DNA from: Actinomycetota bacterium
GTDB lineage: Bacteria > Actinomycetota > Acidimicrobiia > Acidimicrobiales > MedAcidi-G1
Length of the DNA stretch: 64,000 nucleotides
Assembly: GCA_002721755.1 (NCBI GenBank)
Contig: PBLL01000039.1
Span: forward strand, 2,089 to 66,088
Reading direction: 5' to 3'
Shown: positions 9,103 through 18,190 of the stretch, in pieces
Layout: the number at the start of each line of letters is the position of its first letter
How positions within the stretch are numbered: the first letter of the stretch is position 1
Notes under the pieces: generated by a model
The model's input: only the letters and a program-made list of their open reading frames with translations
Told to the model about the DNA's origin: nothing
Databases searched by the model: none
Made by a program: the position numbers and the translations under genes

Positions 9103-10487
9103 GAGAGCAAGTCGACACTTTAATGAAGGCATGGTATGTGGTTACCATGAATGAGACTAGAGACATCATAAAAGATGGAGCTGTTGCAATAAAAGACGGC
9201 TTAATCGTTGGGGTTGGCAAAAGAATTGATTTAGAAACTCAATTCGAGGCAAAAGAGGTTCTAGGAGGAGATCGTTTTGTACTTACACCAGGAATGGTAA
9301 ATACGCATATACATATAACTGGTGAACCCCTAACTAGGGGTTACGTGCCAGATGATACACCTTTCGAAGAGAATGTTTTTGAATGGCTTTGTCCACTCTA
9401 CGCAGTATATACCGCTGAAGAAGAACGTTTATCGGCTCAACTAGCTGCTGTTGAAATGCTGAAATCTGGAACTACTACCTTCTTGGAGGCGGGCACTTGT
9501 AGGTTTCTAGAAGAAATTTTTGATGGTCTTGAAGAGGTTGGTATTAGAGGTCGTCTCGGTCGTTGGATTTGGGATATGCCTCCGGAACCAGATGTGTATA
9601 AACAGAATACAGATGAGTCTATAGGTTTCTTGCAACATCAATTGGAAGAGTACAAAAGTGTGGCTAATGGACGATTAGGTGCATGGTCGACACTTGTCGG
9701 CCACACGACTTGTTCAGACCCTTTATGGAAAGCAGCGCGCCAGTTGGCTGATGAGCATGAAACAGGTATGAGTTTTCATATGTCTCCGGCAAAGTTAGAT
9801 CCAGATTTTTTCATTTCTGAGTTTGGTCACAGGCCTATGGTCCATCTTGATGAGTTGGGGATATTAAATGACGATGTAGTGATGACTCACTGTGTACAGG
9901 TCGATGATCAAGAGATAGGTGTTATGGCAAAATCTGGTGTAAGTGTGTCACATTGTCCTACAACTGCTTTAAAGGTTAGTTATGGAGTGACTCAAATCGG
10001 GAAAATTCCTGAAATGAGAATGGCTGGAATAAATGTTGCAATTGGCACGGATGGAAATAATGCTTCAAACTATTCTGATTTGATGAGAGCAACTTATTTG
10101 GTTGCCGGTCTGTTCAAGGATAGCAGGCAAGATCCTCAGATGTTCCCAGCTGAAATCGCTTATGAGATGGCGACTTTAGGGGGAGCTAAAGCGATGCAAA
10201 TGGAAGATCAAATTGGTTCTTTAGAGGATGGGAAAAAAGCTGACTTGGTTATGCATGATACTGATAGACCTGAATGGAGACCGTTATTGAATGTTATGAA
10301 TCAGTTAGTTTGGTCTGCAGACGGCAGAGGGGTTCATACAGTTTTGGTTGATGGAAGAAAAGTTGTGGAGGCTGGGCGAATTACTGCTTTTGATGAAGAA
10401 AAATTTTATGCTCAATGTCAAGAGTCGGGAGAGAGAGTAGTCGAGAGGTCGGGGTTGCCTGATAAAGCAAAGTTTCCAATTTTGTAA
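9099..10487 (+). CDS. Metal-dependent amidohydrolase (SsnA/AtzA/MTA-deaminase-like)
   Basis: PGMVNTHIH, AAVEMLKSGTTT, MTHCV, GTDG and GSLEDGKKADLV motifs. Confidence 0.88.
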   Translation: MREQVDTLMKAWYVVTMNETRDIIKDGAVAIKDGLIVGVGKRIDLETQFEAKEVLGGDRFVLTPGMVNTHIHITGEPLTRGYVPDDTPFEENVFEWLCPLYAVYTAEEERLSAQLAAVEMLKSGTTTFLEAGTCRFLEEIFDGLEEVGIRGRLGRWIWDMPPEPDVYKQNTDESIGFLQHQLEEYKSVANGRLGAWSTLVGHTTCSDPLWKAARQLADEHETGMSFHMSPAKLDPDFFISEFGHRPMVHLDELGILNDDVVMTHCVQVDDQEIGVMAKSGVSVSHCPTTALKVSYGVTQIGKIPEMRMAGINVAIGTDGNNASNYSDLMRATYLVAGLFKDSRQDPQMFPAEIAYEMATLGGAKAMQMEDQIGSLEDGKKADLVMHDTDRPEWRPLLNVMNQLVWSADGRGVHTVLVDGRKVVEAGRITAFDEEKFYAQCQESGERVVERSGLPDKAKFPIL

Positions 10488-10595
10488 TTTCTACCAGTAG
10501 TGAAGGATTGTGTTTTTACATTGTGAAACGAGATCATATCTGTATTAATTGTGAGCAAAATTATCGTTATGAGCGCACTTATTTCGAAGGCGATT

Positions 10596-11333
10596 ATGAC
10601 ATGGTTTGAAATATTTTTGCTTGCTTTTGGTGGTTTTGCAGCTGGCATTATCAACACAATGGCTGGGGGTGGATCTACCATCACGGTCCCTTTGTTAGTT
10701 TTTGCTGGAGTCCCAGGCACTCACGCGAATGGGTCAAATAGGGTTGGAATATTACCAGCTTGCATCGCTGCAATTGTTTCATTTCGCCGTTTGGGAGTTT
10801 CTGATTTTAGAGATTCAATAATAATTTTTTTCCCTGTTGCTGTTGGTTCTTTAATAGGTTCTTTGGCAATTAATCAGTTAGCAGACGATCAATTTGAACG
10901 TTTGTTTGGTTTATTGATCGTGCCAATAGTTATTCTCACTTTGGTGTCGCCTACTCCAAGAGAAGGTAAAGCTCCATGGAGTAGAGCTAAGATAATTGCA
11001 GTTTTTTATTTTGTCGGATTTTATGGGGGAGCTGTACAGGCAGGAGTCGGCTTGTTGATGATTTTGGCTCTTGCTCGCTCTGGCTACAACTTGATACGTG
11101 CGAATGGCATAAAAGTAATACTCAATGCATTTATCACACTTATTGCGTTCCCTGTTTTTATTTTTTCCGGAAAGATTTCTTGGGGTCCAGCTTTGGTCCT
11201 TGCTTCAGGTCTTACCATCGGAGGTTGGATAGGTGCAAAGTGGACGGTTAAAGGTGGTGAGAGGGTGGTGCGTTTGGTGATGGTTGTATCAGCCTTGGGT
11301 TTATCTGGGAAATTACTTGGTTTCTATGGATAG
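10596..11333 (+). CDS. TauE/SafE-family membrane exporter
   Basis: AGIINTMAGGGS and GFYGG motifs, multi-TM; ATG 10596 preferred (AAGG upstream) over GTG 10551. Confidence 0.82.
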   Translation: MTWFEIFLLAFGGFAAGIINTMAGGGSTITVPLLVFAGVPGTHANGSNRVGILPACIAAIVSFRRLGVSDFRDSIIIFFPVAVGSLIGSLAINQLADDQFERLFGLLIVPIVILTLVSPTPREGKAPWSRAKIIAVFYFVGFYGGAVQAGVGLLMILALARSGYNLIRANGIKVILNAFITLIAFPVFIFSGKISWGPALVLASGLTIGGWIGAKWTVKGGERVVRLVMVVSALGLSGKLLGFYG

Positions 11334-11364
11334 ATTTTGTTTTAAATAGTCAAGATTGGGATCT

Positions 11365-11841
11365 CTATTTTTTAGAGAGAGCTTGGTATGTAGCGTAGAC
11401 ACCTTGATCAAAGGAAAATTCTAATGTATTTCCATCAGGGTCTTTAGCCATGAATATCCAACCAATAGGGGGCGGCATTTCAGTTAAAGGCATTACTAGT
11501 GATCCGATTTTTTCTATTTCCTTTTCAGCTTTTTTAAGTTCTTCAAGACTTGAAACTTCAATGCCAAAATGAGCGAAAGGTCCCAAAACAGTATTTGGTG
11601 CATCAGCGAAGGGATCTTTGTCGGGAAAGAACTGCGAGACAACTAAGACAAAAGGTGATTTTGGGTTGTCATCATGACCAAGCCATGCTGCAAATCCTGT
11701 TTCATCCTCACGGAAATGAACTAGAGATAGTGGCGTATTTGATGTGTACCAGTCGATTGTTGCTTGAATTTCTTTAACACGAAGAGCGACGTGGGTCCAT
11801 CTAGCTTCCGGTGGGTGAATTTCGTAGTTGCTTTTTGACAT
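11365..11841 (-). CDS. VOC/glyoxalase-family protein
   Basis: THVALRV, AHFGIEV and DPDGNTLEF (His/His/Glu metal set). Confidence 0.85.
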   Translation of the reverse strand: MSKSNYEIHPPEARWTHVALRVKEIQATIDWYTSNTPLSLVHFREDETGFAAWLGHDDNPKSPFVLVVSQFFPDKDPFADAPNTVLGPFAHFGIEVSSLEELKKAEKEIEKIGSLVMPLTEMPPPIGWIFMAKDPDGNTLEFSFDQGVYATYQALSKK

Positions 11842-11862
11842 TTTATTTAGCTTTATTGAAAC

Positions 11863-12390
11863 CTATTCGATGGTCCAGCCATCAGGTATTCCCGCTTCAC
11901 CAATTACTTGATGTGTGTCTTCGTCTACCTCGACTCCCTCAAGATGCTGCCAGAGATTTATTTGATTACCCCAAGGGTCAATAAAGGAAGCATTCGCACC
12001 GCCGAATTCAGTCCAAAAATGATTTCTCCATAAAATAGTTGCCCCAAGATTTTCTGCTGTATCTAAGATCCGGTCAAATGAATCATCATCGCTAACCATT
12101 ATCCAAGCTCTTATGGATCTCCCTCCAGAGCTGAGTTCTGTAGGTTCGGAAGGTTCCGGATTTGGGTGTGGTCTTGCATTAGCCGCGTTGTAAATTCCCA
12201 TGTGTAGATTTCCCGTCGGTCCTTGGCTTCCGTCATCCAACTTAAAGTTCTGACCGGGTACAATTCTGTTGAAAATTCCAGGTATACGTGTTTCTATCTC
12301 CCAATTAAACACTTTGCTGTAGAAATCAGTAGCTGCTTCCACATCATCAGTTGGAAAGTCAACAAAAACTAAAATATTTGGATAAGTCAT
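11863..12390 (-). CDS. VOC/glyoxalase-bleomycin-resistance-like protein
   Basis: AATDFYSKVFNW and FIDPWGNQINLW motifs; AAGGAG RBS. Confidence 0.82.
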   Translation of the reverse strand: MTYPNILVFVDFPTDDVEAATDFYSKVFNWEIETRIPGIFNRIVPGQNFKLDDGSQGPTGNLHMGIYNAANARPHPNPEPSEPTELSSGGRSIRAWIMVSDDDSFDRILDTAENLGATILWRNHFWTEFGGANASFIDPWGNQINLWQHLEGVEVDEDTHQVIGEAGIPDGWTIE

Positions 12391-12413
12391 ATTTCTCCTT
12401 AGTGAATAAGCAA

Positions 12414-12445
12414 TATGGTACCAAAAGGTCTGATTGTCTGACCAC
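12414..12445 (-). promoter_or_regulatory. Putative promoter of the VOC pair overlapped by a GntR/FadR-like operator
   Basis: Minus strand TGGTCA-N18-TACCAT; contains TGGTCAGACAA plus a second TCAGACC, resembling the TGGTCNGACCA FadR-type site. Confidence 0.45.
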
Positions 12446-12624
12446 TTGGATTTCGAGTAAATTCAAAATATGCATCTTTCTGATTTATGTTTTGACTGTA
12501 AGGGATAGTTGATTCGTGCGAGGTTTATTTGTGTGCCCAGAAACAATTTTTCTGGTTGGATTTAATCGAACTCGTAAGTCAGCATTTAACAAGACCTGTA
12601 GGATAGAAGCGAAAAAAGAAAATA

Positions 12625-12751
12625 AAAGTCTTCGGGGTTGGGTGAAATTCCCTACCGGCGGTTAGTCGTTTAGATAAGCCCGCGAGCCCTGTTTTTGGAG
12701 CTGATCAGGTGAGAGTCCTGAGCCGACGGTAAAGTCCGGATGGGAGAAGGC
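12625..12751 (+). ncRNA. FMN riboswitch (RFN element)
   Basis: TCTTCGGGG..GGGTGAAATTCCCTACCGGCGGT..AGCCCGCGAGC..GCTGATCAGGTGAGAGTCCTGAGCCGACGGTAAAGTCCGGATGGGAGAAGG, upstream of rib genes. Confidence 0.96.
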
Positions 12752-12782
12752 ACAATACATGACCGTTTGGGTCATGTATTGT
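12752..12782 (+). promoter_or_regulatory. Perfect 13-bp hairpin in the riboswitch expression platform
   Basis: ACAATACATGACC-GTTTG-GGTCATGTATTGT. Confidence 0.6.
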
Positions 12783-12821
12783 TCTGTCTATCTCTGGATC
12801 CTTGAAGTAGAAAAGGTGCTG

Positions 12822-13454
12822 ATGTTTACAGGGATAATTGAAGAAGTAGGTCAGATTTCTTCAATAGAGCCGTCTGGTGATGGTGAGAGAATCGAAGTTC
12901 TTGCGAATTTGGTTATAGAAGACACAGAAATAGGTTCTTCTATATCAATAGATGGATGCTGTCTGACGGTTGTTGATATGAGCAAAGATTCATTTGTGGT
13001 AGAAGCTGTTCCCGAAACTATTTCTAGAACTCGTTTAGACGCTGCAAAAAAGGGTGATCAAGTCAATATGGAAAGAGCCCTATCTGCGAGTGGCCGATTT
13101 GGAGGGCATATCGTTCAAGGTCATGTTGATGGGTTAGCGAAGATAGTTGAAATCGAAATTGAAAGTGATGATTCATGGAAAGTGAGTTTTACTTGTTCGA
13201 GTAAGTGGTTGGGACAGATTGTAGAAAAAGGCTCCATTACTTTAAATGGTGTTAGTTTGACTGTAGCCAGCACCCGTACCTCTTTAGAAGAAGATGAGCT
13301 CTGTTTTGAAATTGCTTTAATACCTCACACGATAGAAGTAACAACTTTTAAAAATCTAAAAGTGGGAGATTTGGTTAATTTAGAGGTGGATGTTATTGCT
13401 AGATATGTAGAAAGTTTGTTATTTAGTAGAGGCAACCTGTTTTCAAGGGAGTAG
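12822..13454 (+). CDS. ribE: Riboflavin synthase (alpha chain)
   Basis: Conserved N-terminus MFTGIIEE (start 12822 with AAAAGG RBS), GGHIVQGHVDG, VNLEVD. Confidence 0.95.
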   Translation: MFTGIIEEVGQISSIEPSGDGERIEVLANLVIEDTEIGSSISIDGCCLTVVDMSKDSFVVEAVPETISRTRLDAAKKGDQVNMERALSASGRFGGHIVQGHVDGLAKIVEIEIESDDSWKVSFTCSSKWLGQIVEKGSITLNGVSLTVASTRTSLEEDELCFEIALIPHTIEVTTFKNLKVGDLVNLEVDVIARYVESLLFSRGNLFSRE

Positions 13455-13459
13455 ATCGA

Positions 13460-14716
13460 ATGGGTTTTTCAACAATTGAACAAGCGCTGGAGGCATTTCA
13501 AAACGGTGAATTTCTTTTAGTGGTTGATGATGAGGACAGAGAGAATGAGGGCGATTTGATTATTGCTGCAGATGCGATAGATGAACAAAAGATGGCTTTC
13601 ATGATTCGCTACACAAGTGGAGTGATTTGTGCTCCAATGACAGATGCACGAGCTGATTCTTTGAAACTTCCGCTTATGGTTTCAAACAATACTGAGTCAA
13701 TGAGGACGGCTTTTACTGTGTCTGTTGATCTGATAGATGGGACAACGACCGGCATTTCGGCAGGAGATCGTTCAGCGACAGTTTCTGCTCTTGCAGATCT
13801 TTCTTGTGAAGCCGACGATTTTGCTCGCCCTGGTCACATTTTTCCTCTTAGGGCAAGACCAGGGGGTGTTTTAAAACGGGCGGGACACACAGAGGCTGCA
13901 GTTGATTTGTGTCAGATGGCCGGCAGATCTGAAGTAGGTGTTTTATGTGAGATCGTTAAAGATGATGGGAGTATGGCTCGTCTTCCTGATCTTCAAAAGT
14001 TTGCTTCGGAGAATGATTTATGCTTAATTTCAATAGCTGATCTGATTCGCTTTCGTCGAAGAAACGAAAAGTTGATTGAACATTTTGCCGAGGCCCGTAT
14101 ACCAACCCGCTATGGAGAGTTTACAGCTCATGCTTATAGGTCGGTTTTAGATGGAGTCGAGCATGTCGCGTATGTATTAGGGGATCTCGAAGATACTGAA
14201 AGCGTGTTAGTGAGAGTTCACTCAGAATGTTTAACGGGAGATTTGTTGGGTTCTCTGCGATGCGATTGCGGTTCTCAATTGGACGAAGCTATACGATTGA
14301 TAGGTTCTGAAGGTGTTGGGGTTGTGGTGTATTTGCGGGGACATGAAGGCCGTGGTATTGGCATAGCTCATAAAATAAGAGCATATGGATTGCAAGATGA
14401 GGGACTAGATACTGTTGATGCCAATACGGCACAAGGTTTGCCAATTGATTCGCGAGAGTATGGCGTTGGGGCACAAATATTGGCAGATTTAGGAGTTTCT
14501 AAAATGAGACTTATGACCAACAATCCTGCAAAGTATGGAGGTTTGGAAGGCTACGGTCTTGAAATAATTGATCGCGTACCACTTAGCACAACTCCAAATG
14601 AAGAAAATATAAGATACCTAGAAACTAAGAAGGAACGATTGGGACATTTGTTAGACGATTCGTCGGTTGGAGAAGAAATTAAAAACAGGACGGCAAAGGG
14701 TTCAATCGATGAATGA
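13460..14716 (+). CDS. ribBA: Bifunctional DHBP synthase / GTP cyclohydrolase II
   Basis: DDEDRENEGDL, RPGHIFPL and RVHSECLTGD..SLRCDCG motifs. Confidence 0.97.
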   Translation: MGFSTIEQALEAFQNGEFLLVVDDEDRENEGDLIIAADAIDEQKMAFMIRYTSGVICAPMTDARADSLKLPLMVSNNTESMRTAFTVSVDLIDGTTTGISAGDRSATVSALADLSCEADDFARPGHIFPLRARPGGVLKRAGHTEAAVDLCQMAGRSEVGVLCEIVKDDGSMARLPDLQKFASENDLCLISIADLIRFRRRNEKLIEHFAEARIPTRYGEFTAHAYRSVLDGVEHVAYVLGDLEDTESVLVRVHSECLTGDLLGSLRCDCGSQLDEAIRLIGSEGVGVVVYLRGHEGRGIGIAHKIRAYGLQDEGLDTVDANTAQGLPIDSREYGVGAQILADLGVSKMRLMTNNPAKYGGLEGYGLEIIDRVPLSTTPNEENIRYLETKKERLGHLLDDSSVGEEIKNRTAKGSIDE

Positions 14717-15182
14717 GTTGAATGCCGAATTAGATGGAAATGGATTAAAGATCGGTCTTGTTGCAGCTCGTTTCAATCATATTATCGTTGAACAATTGTT
14801 AGATGGAACCCGATCTCGGCTGCTTGGATTGGGGGTTTCGGAAGAGAATATAACTCTAGGTTGGGTAGCTGGTGCTTTCGAAGTGCCTCTTGCGGCAAAA
14901 GAAATGGCAAGAAAACTTTCCCTGGATGCAGTGGTTTGTTTGGGTTGTGTAATACGAGGAGACACTCCTCATTTTGATTATGTTGCGGGTCAATCAGCAC
15001 ATGGGGTGCTCCAAGTGGGTCTTGAAACAGGCATTCCCATGATTTATGGAATTTTGACCACAGAAAATATCGAACAAGCTGTTGAGAGAGCTTCTGTGCA
15101 TGCGGAAAATAAGGGTTCTGAGTTTGCTGATTCAGCTGTGGAGATGGTCCAGTTGTTACGAGATATAAATAACAGAGAGTAA
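14709..15182 (+). CDS. ribH: 6,7-dimethyl-8-ribityllumazine synthase
   Basis: ARFN, GAFEVP, IRGDTPHFDYV, NKG; start likely ATG 14709. Confidence 0.95.
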   Translation: MNELNAELDGNGLKIGLVAARFNHIIVEQLLDGTRSRLLGLGVSEENITLGWVAGAFEVPLAAKEMARKLSLDAVVCLGCVIRGDTPHFDYVAGQSAHGVLQVGLETGIPMIYGILTTENIEQAVERASVHAENKGSEFADSAVEMVQLLRDINNRE

Positions 15183-15263
15183 AAAAATCTTGTGGATCTT
15201 TTACGACTCGCCGATAGTTTTAATAGAGCTAGTTTTCTAAGCGAAACCTAATTTGAGGAATAC

Positions 15264-15533
15264 ATGTCTGGTAATACGCCTGTAAAATCTGAAACAATTT
15301 CTGAGCACCAGTTGCACGATAGTGATACTGGTTCTCCAGAAGTTCAGATTGCTTTAATCAGTGGAAGAATCAGCCATCTAACTGAACATTTGAAAGTCCA
15401 TAAAAAAGACCACCACAGTAGAAGGGGCTTATTAATGATGGTTGGTCGCAGACGAAGAATGCTTGATTACTTGGAGAAAAATGATATTGAGCGTTACAGG
15501 TCCATTATCACAAAATTAGGTCTGCGCCGCTAG
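15264..15533 (+). CDS. rpsO: 30S ribosomal protein S15
   Basis: [27 protein letters not shown]. Confidence 0.98.
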   Translation: MSGNTPVKSETISEHQLHDSDTGSPEVQIALISGRISHLTEHLKVHKKDHHSRRGLLMMVGRRRRMLDYLEKNDIERYRSIITKLGLRR

Positions 15534-15692
15534 GGAGTTGACTCAAAAGTTCCTAGACTGTAGTTGATTAAGGAACGAAAAGAAAAAGACTCCAGAGGGT
15601 GAGCAGTTTTAGAAATTAGTGTTTCATCGAATGGTGTCGCCCTGATCGAAAATGTTTCGGACAGGTAAAGAAGAGAAAAGAAGAGAATAAGA

Positions 15693-18116
15693 ATGAACGA
15701 ACCAATTTCCGTGTCCCATACATTTTCAGGGACAGAAAAAACAATCACTTTCGGGACAGGACGTCTTGCTGGATTAGCAGGAGGGGCGGTTTTGTCTCAA
15801 CTTGGCAAATCAACTGTTTTGATGACCGCAACTGGTGCTAAATCAGCTCGAGCGGGTGCCGACTTTTTTCCTTTAACAGTTGATATTGAGGAAAGAATGT
15901 ATGCAGCCGGGAAGATACCCGGTTCCTTTTTCCGGCGTGAGGGTAGAGCATCAGAATCGGCAATTTTAACTTGTCGACTGATAGACCGACCATTAAGACC
16001 TATGTTTCCAGAGGGTTTTCGTAATGAGGAGCACATTGTCGGCACTGTAATGGGAGCTGATATGGAGAATCCTCATGATGTATTGGCTCTGAATGGTGCA
16101 TCAGCAGCTCTTATGATTTCTGAAATTCCTTTTGATGGTCCTGTGGGTGCAGTTCGAATTGCTTGGACATCTTCAGGAGAATGGATTCCTCATCCCACGT
16201 ATGAAGAGGCTGCTGACTCAGCATTTGAAATGGTTGTAGCTGGACGTCTATTAGATGATGAAGATGTCGCAATCATGATGGTGGAGGCTGGAGGTACGGA
16301 GGCAACTTGTGATGTTTATGACGCAGGTGCACCTTTTGTAGACGAATCTGTACTTGCCGATGGTCTTGAATTTTCTAAGCAGTTCATAAAAGAAGTTATT
16401 GAACTACAACAAAAACTAGTTGAAGCAGTAGGAAATTCTGAAGTAATGGAATATGAGGCTTTTTCCGATTACACCAAGGAAATTTTTACTGCTGTTGAAA
16501 CTGCAGGAGCGGAAAGAATTGCAGCTACTCAAACAATTGTCGACAAATCGGAAAGACAAAATGCTGAAGCAGAGCTTAAGGAGGCAATTAAAGCCGAAAT
16601 AACCACTGATTTTGAAGAAGTGGAAGGCGCTGAAGAACAGATTTCTGCAGCGATCAGGTCAGTAACCAAGGAAATAGTTAGAGATCGGATAGTTAAAGAA
16701 GGCGTTCGGATCGACGGGCGTGGAGTGTCTGACATCAGGATGCTTTCATCGGAAGTAGGAGTGATTCCTACAGCTCACGGTTCAGGTCTCTTTCAGAGAG
16801 GTGAAACTCAGGTTTTGAACATCACAACGTTGGGAACTGGTCGGATGGATCAGATGATTGATGGTATTGATCCGATTGAACGAAAAAGATACATGCATCA
16901 CTATAATTTCCCGCCTTTTTCAACTGGAGAAACAGGGTTTATGAGAGGTCCAAAGCGTAGAGAAATTGGGCATGGTGCCCTCGCAGAGAGAGCCCTTTTT
17001 CCTGTGGTGCCTAGTTTTGAAGAGTTTCCATACACTCTTCGCTTGGTGTCAGAAGTTCTTTCATCAAATGGTTCAACTTCAATGGGCTCCGTTTGTTCAT
17101 CCAGTTTGTCGATGATGGACGCCGGTGTCCCTATCAAGGCACCAGTTGCGGGTATAGCTATGGGTCTGATTTATAAAGATGGCAAGTACATAACGCTGAC
17201 AGATATTTTGGGAGCTGAAGATGCTTTTGGTGACATGGATTTCAAAGTTGCTGGCACATCCGAGTTTGTTACAGCTTTACAGCTGGACACCAAAATCGAT
17301 GGTATCCCTGCAGATGTCCTTGCTGATGCATTGAATCAAGCTAAAGAGGCTCGACTCAAAATATTGGAAGTAATGACCTCTGCGATACCTGAACCCCGTG
17401 AAGACGTAGGAGAGAACGCTCCAAAAATTCTTAGTTTTGAAATACCTGTAGAAAAAATTGGTGAGGTTATTGGACCTAAAGGAAAAATGATAAACACCAT
17501 TCAAGCTGAAACCGGGGCTGAAATTGCAGTTGATGATGACGGCATGTCCGGAATTGTATCGATCGCTTCACCTGACAGGGAGAAAGTAACTGAAGCTGAG
17601 AGGCAAATAATGCTAATCGTCGACCCACCTTCAGCAAATGTGGGAGAGGTTTACGAGGGAAGAGTAGTAAACATAACCAAGTTCGGAGCTTTTGTGAACA
17701 TACTTCCGGGAAGAGACGGATTGGTTCACATTTCTAAACTGGGTGACGGAAAACGTATAGACAAAGTTGAAGATGTTCTTGAGCTCGGTGATGCAATTGA
17801 AGTCGAAGTCGAAGATATAGACCCGAATGGAAAAATTTCTTTACGACCACTGTTGGATAGCGGTAAGGATGAAATTCCTGAAGAGAAGCTGTTAGATGAA
17901 TCTGAAGAAGATGAAAGTATTGAAATAGATGGTGACGATTCCTCTGAAGATGATGATTACAACCAAAAAGAAACCGACTCTGAGCCTAATGATAGAGAAA
18001 ACAAAGTCAAGGCTTCAGCATCTTTCGAGGATGCTTTTCAAGCCGAACTAGAAGCTGTTCACGGTGATTTAGGAAAAAGCACTGCGAGAAGAAACGGTAA
18101 TCGCAAAAGAAGGTAG
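15693..18116 (+). CDS. pnp: Polyribonucleotide nucleotidyltransferase
   Basis: RLIDRPLRP, SNGSTSMGS, EDAFGDMDFKVAG, KH and S1 domains; follows rpsO. Confidence 0.98.
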   Translation: MNEPISVSHTFSGTEKTITFGTGRLAGLAGGAVLSQLGKSTVLMTATGAKSARAGADFFPLTVDIEERMYAAGKIPGSFFRREGRASESAILTCRLIDRPLRPMFPEGFRNEEHIVGTVMGADMENPHDVLALNGASAALMISEIPFDGPVGAVRIAWTSSGEWIPHPTYEEAADSAFEMVVAGRLLDDEDVAIMMVEAGGTEATCDVYDAGAPFVDESVLADGLEFSKQFIKEVIELQQKLVEAVGNSEVMEYEAFSDYTKEIFTAVETAGAERIAATQTIVDKSERQNAEAELKEAIKAEITTDFEEVEGAEEQISAAIRSVTKEIVRDRIVKEGVRIDGRGVSDIRMLSSEVGVIPTAHGSGLFQRGETQVLNITTLGTGRMDQMIDGIDPIERKRYMHHYNFPPFSTGETGFMRGPKRREIGHGALAERALFPVVPSFEEFPYTLRLVSEVLSSNGSTSMGSVCSSSLSMMDAGVPIKAPVAGIAMGLIYKDGKYITLTDILGAEDAFGDMDFKVAGTSEFVTALQLDTKIDGIPADVLADALNQAKEARLKILEVMTSAIPEPREDVGENAPKILSFEIPVEKIGEVIGPKGKMINTIQAETGAEIAVDDDGMSGIVSIASPDREKVTEAERQIMLIVDPPSANVGEVYEGRVVNITKFGAFVNILPGRDGLVHISKLGDGKRIDKVEDVLELGDAIEVEVEDIDPNGKISLRPLLDSGKDEIPEEKLLDESEEDESIEIDGDDSSEDDDYNQKETDSEPNDRENKVKASASFEDAFQAELEAVHGDLGKSTARRNGNRKRR

Positions 18117-18190
18117 CTGAAAATACTCTTTGTTTTAATTTGATTAAAACAATTCCAACAAATCGACCCGAGAGTACTAACCTCGGACCT

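Noticed and set aside
12759-12821. N-terminal extension of ribE from the ORF track (similar extensions for ribH, dapB, the RibD-like gene and the SDR at 50323)
   Set aside because: It overlaps the riboswitch platform; conserved N-termini and RBS or -10 positions support the downstream starts.
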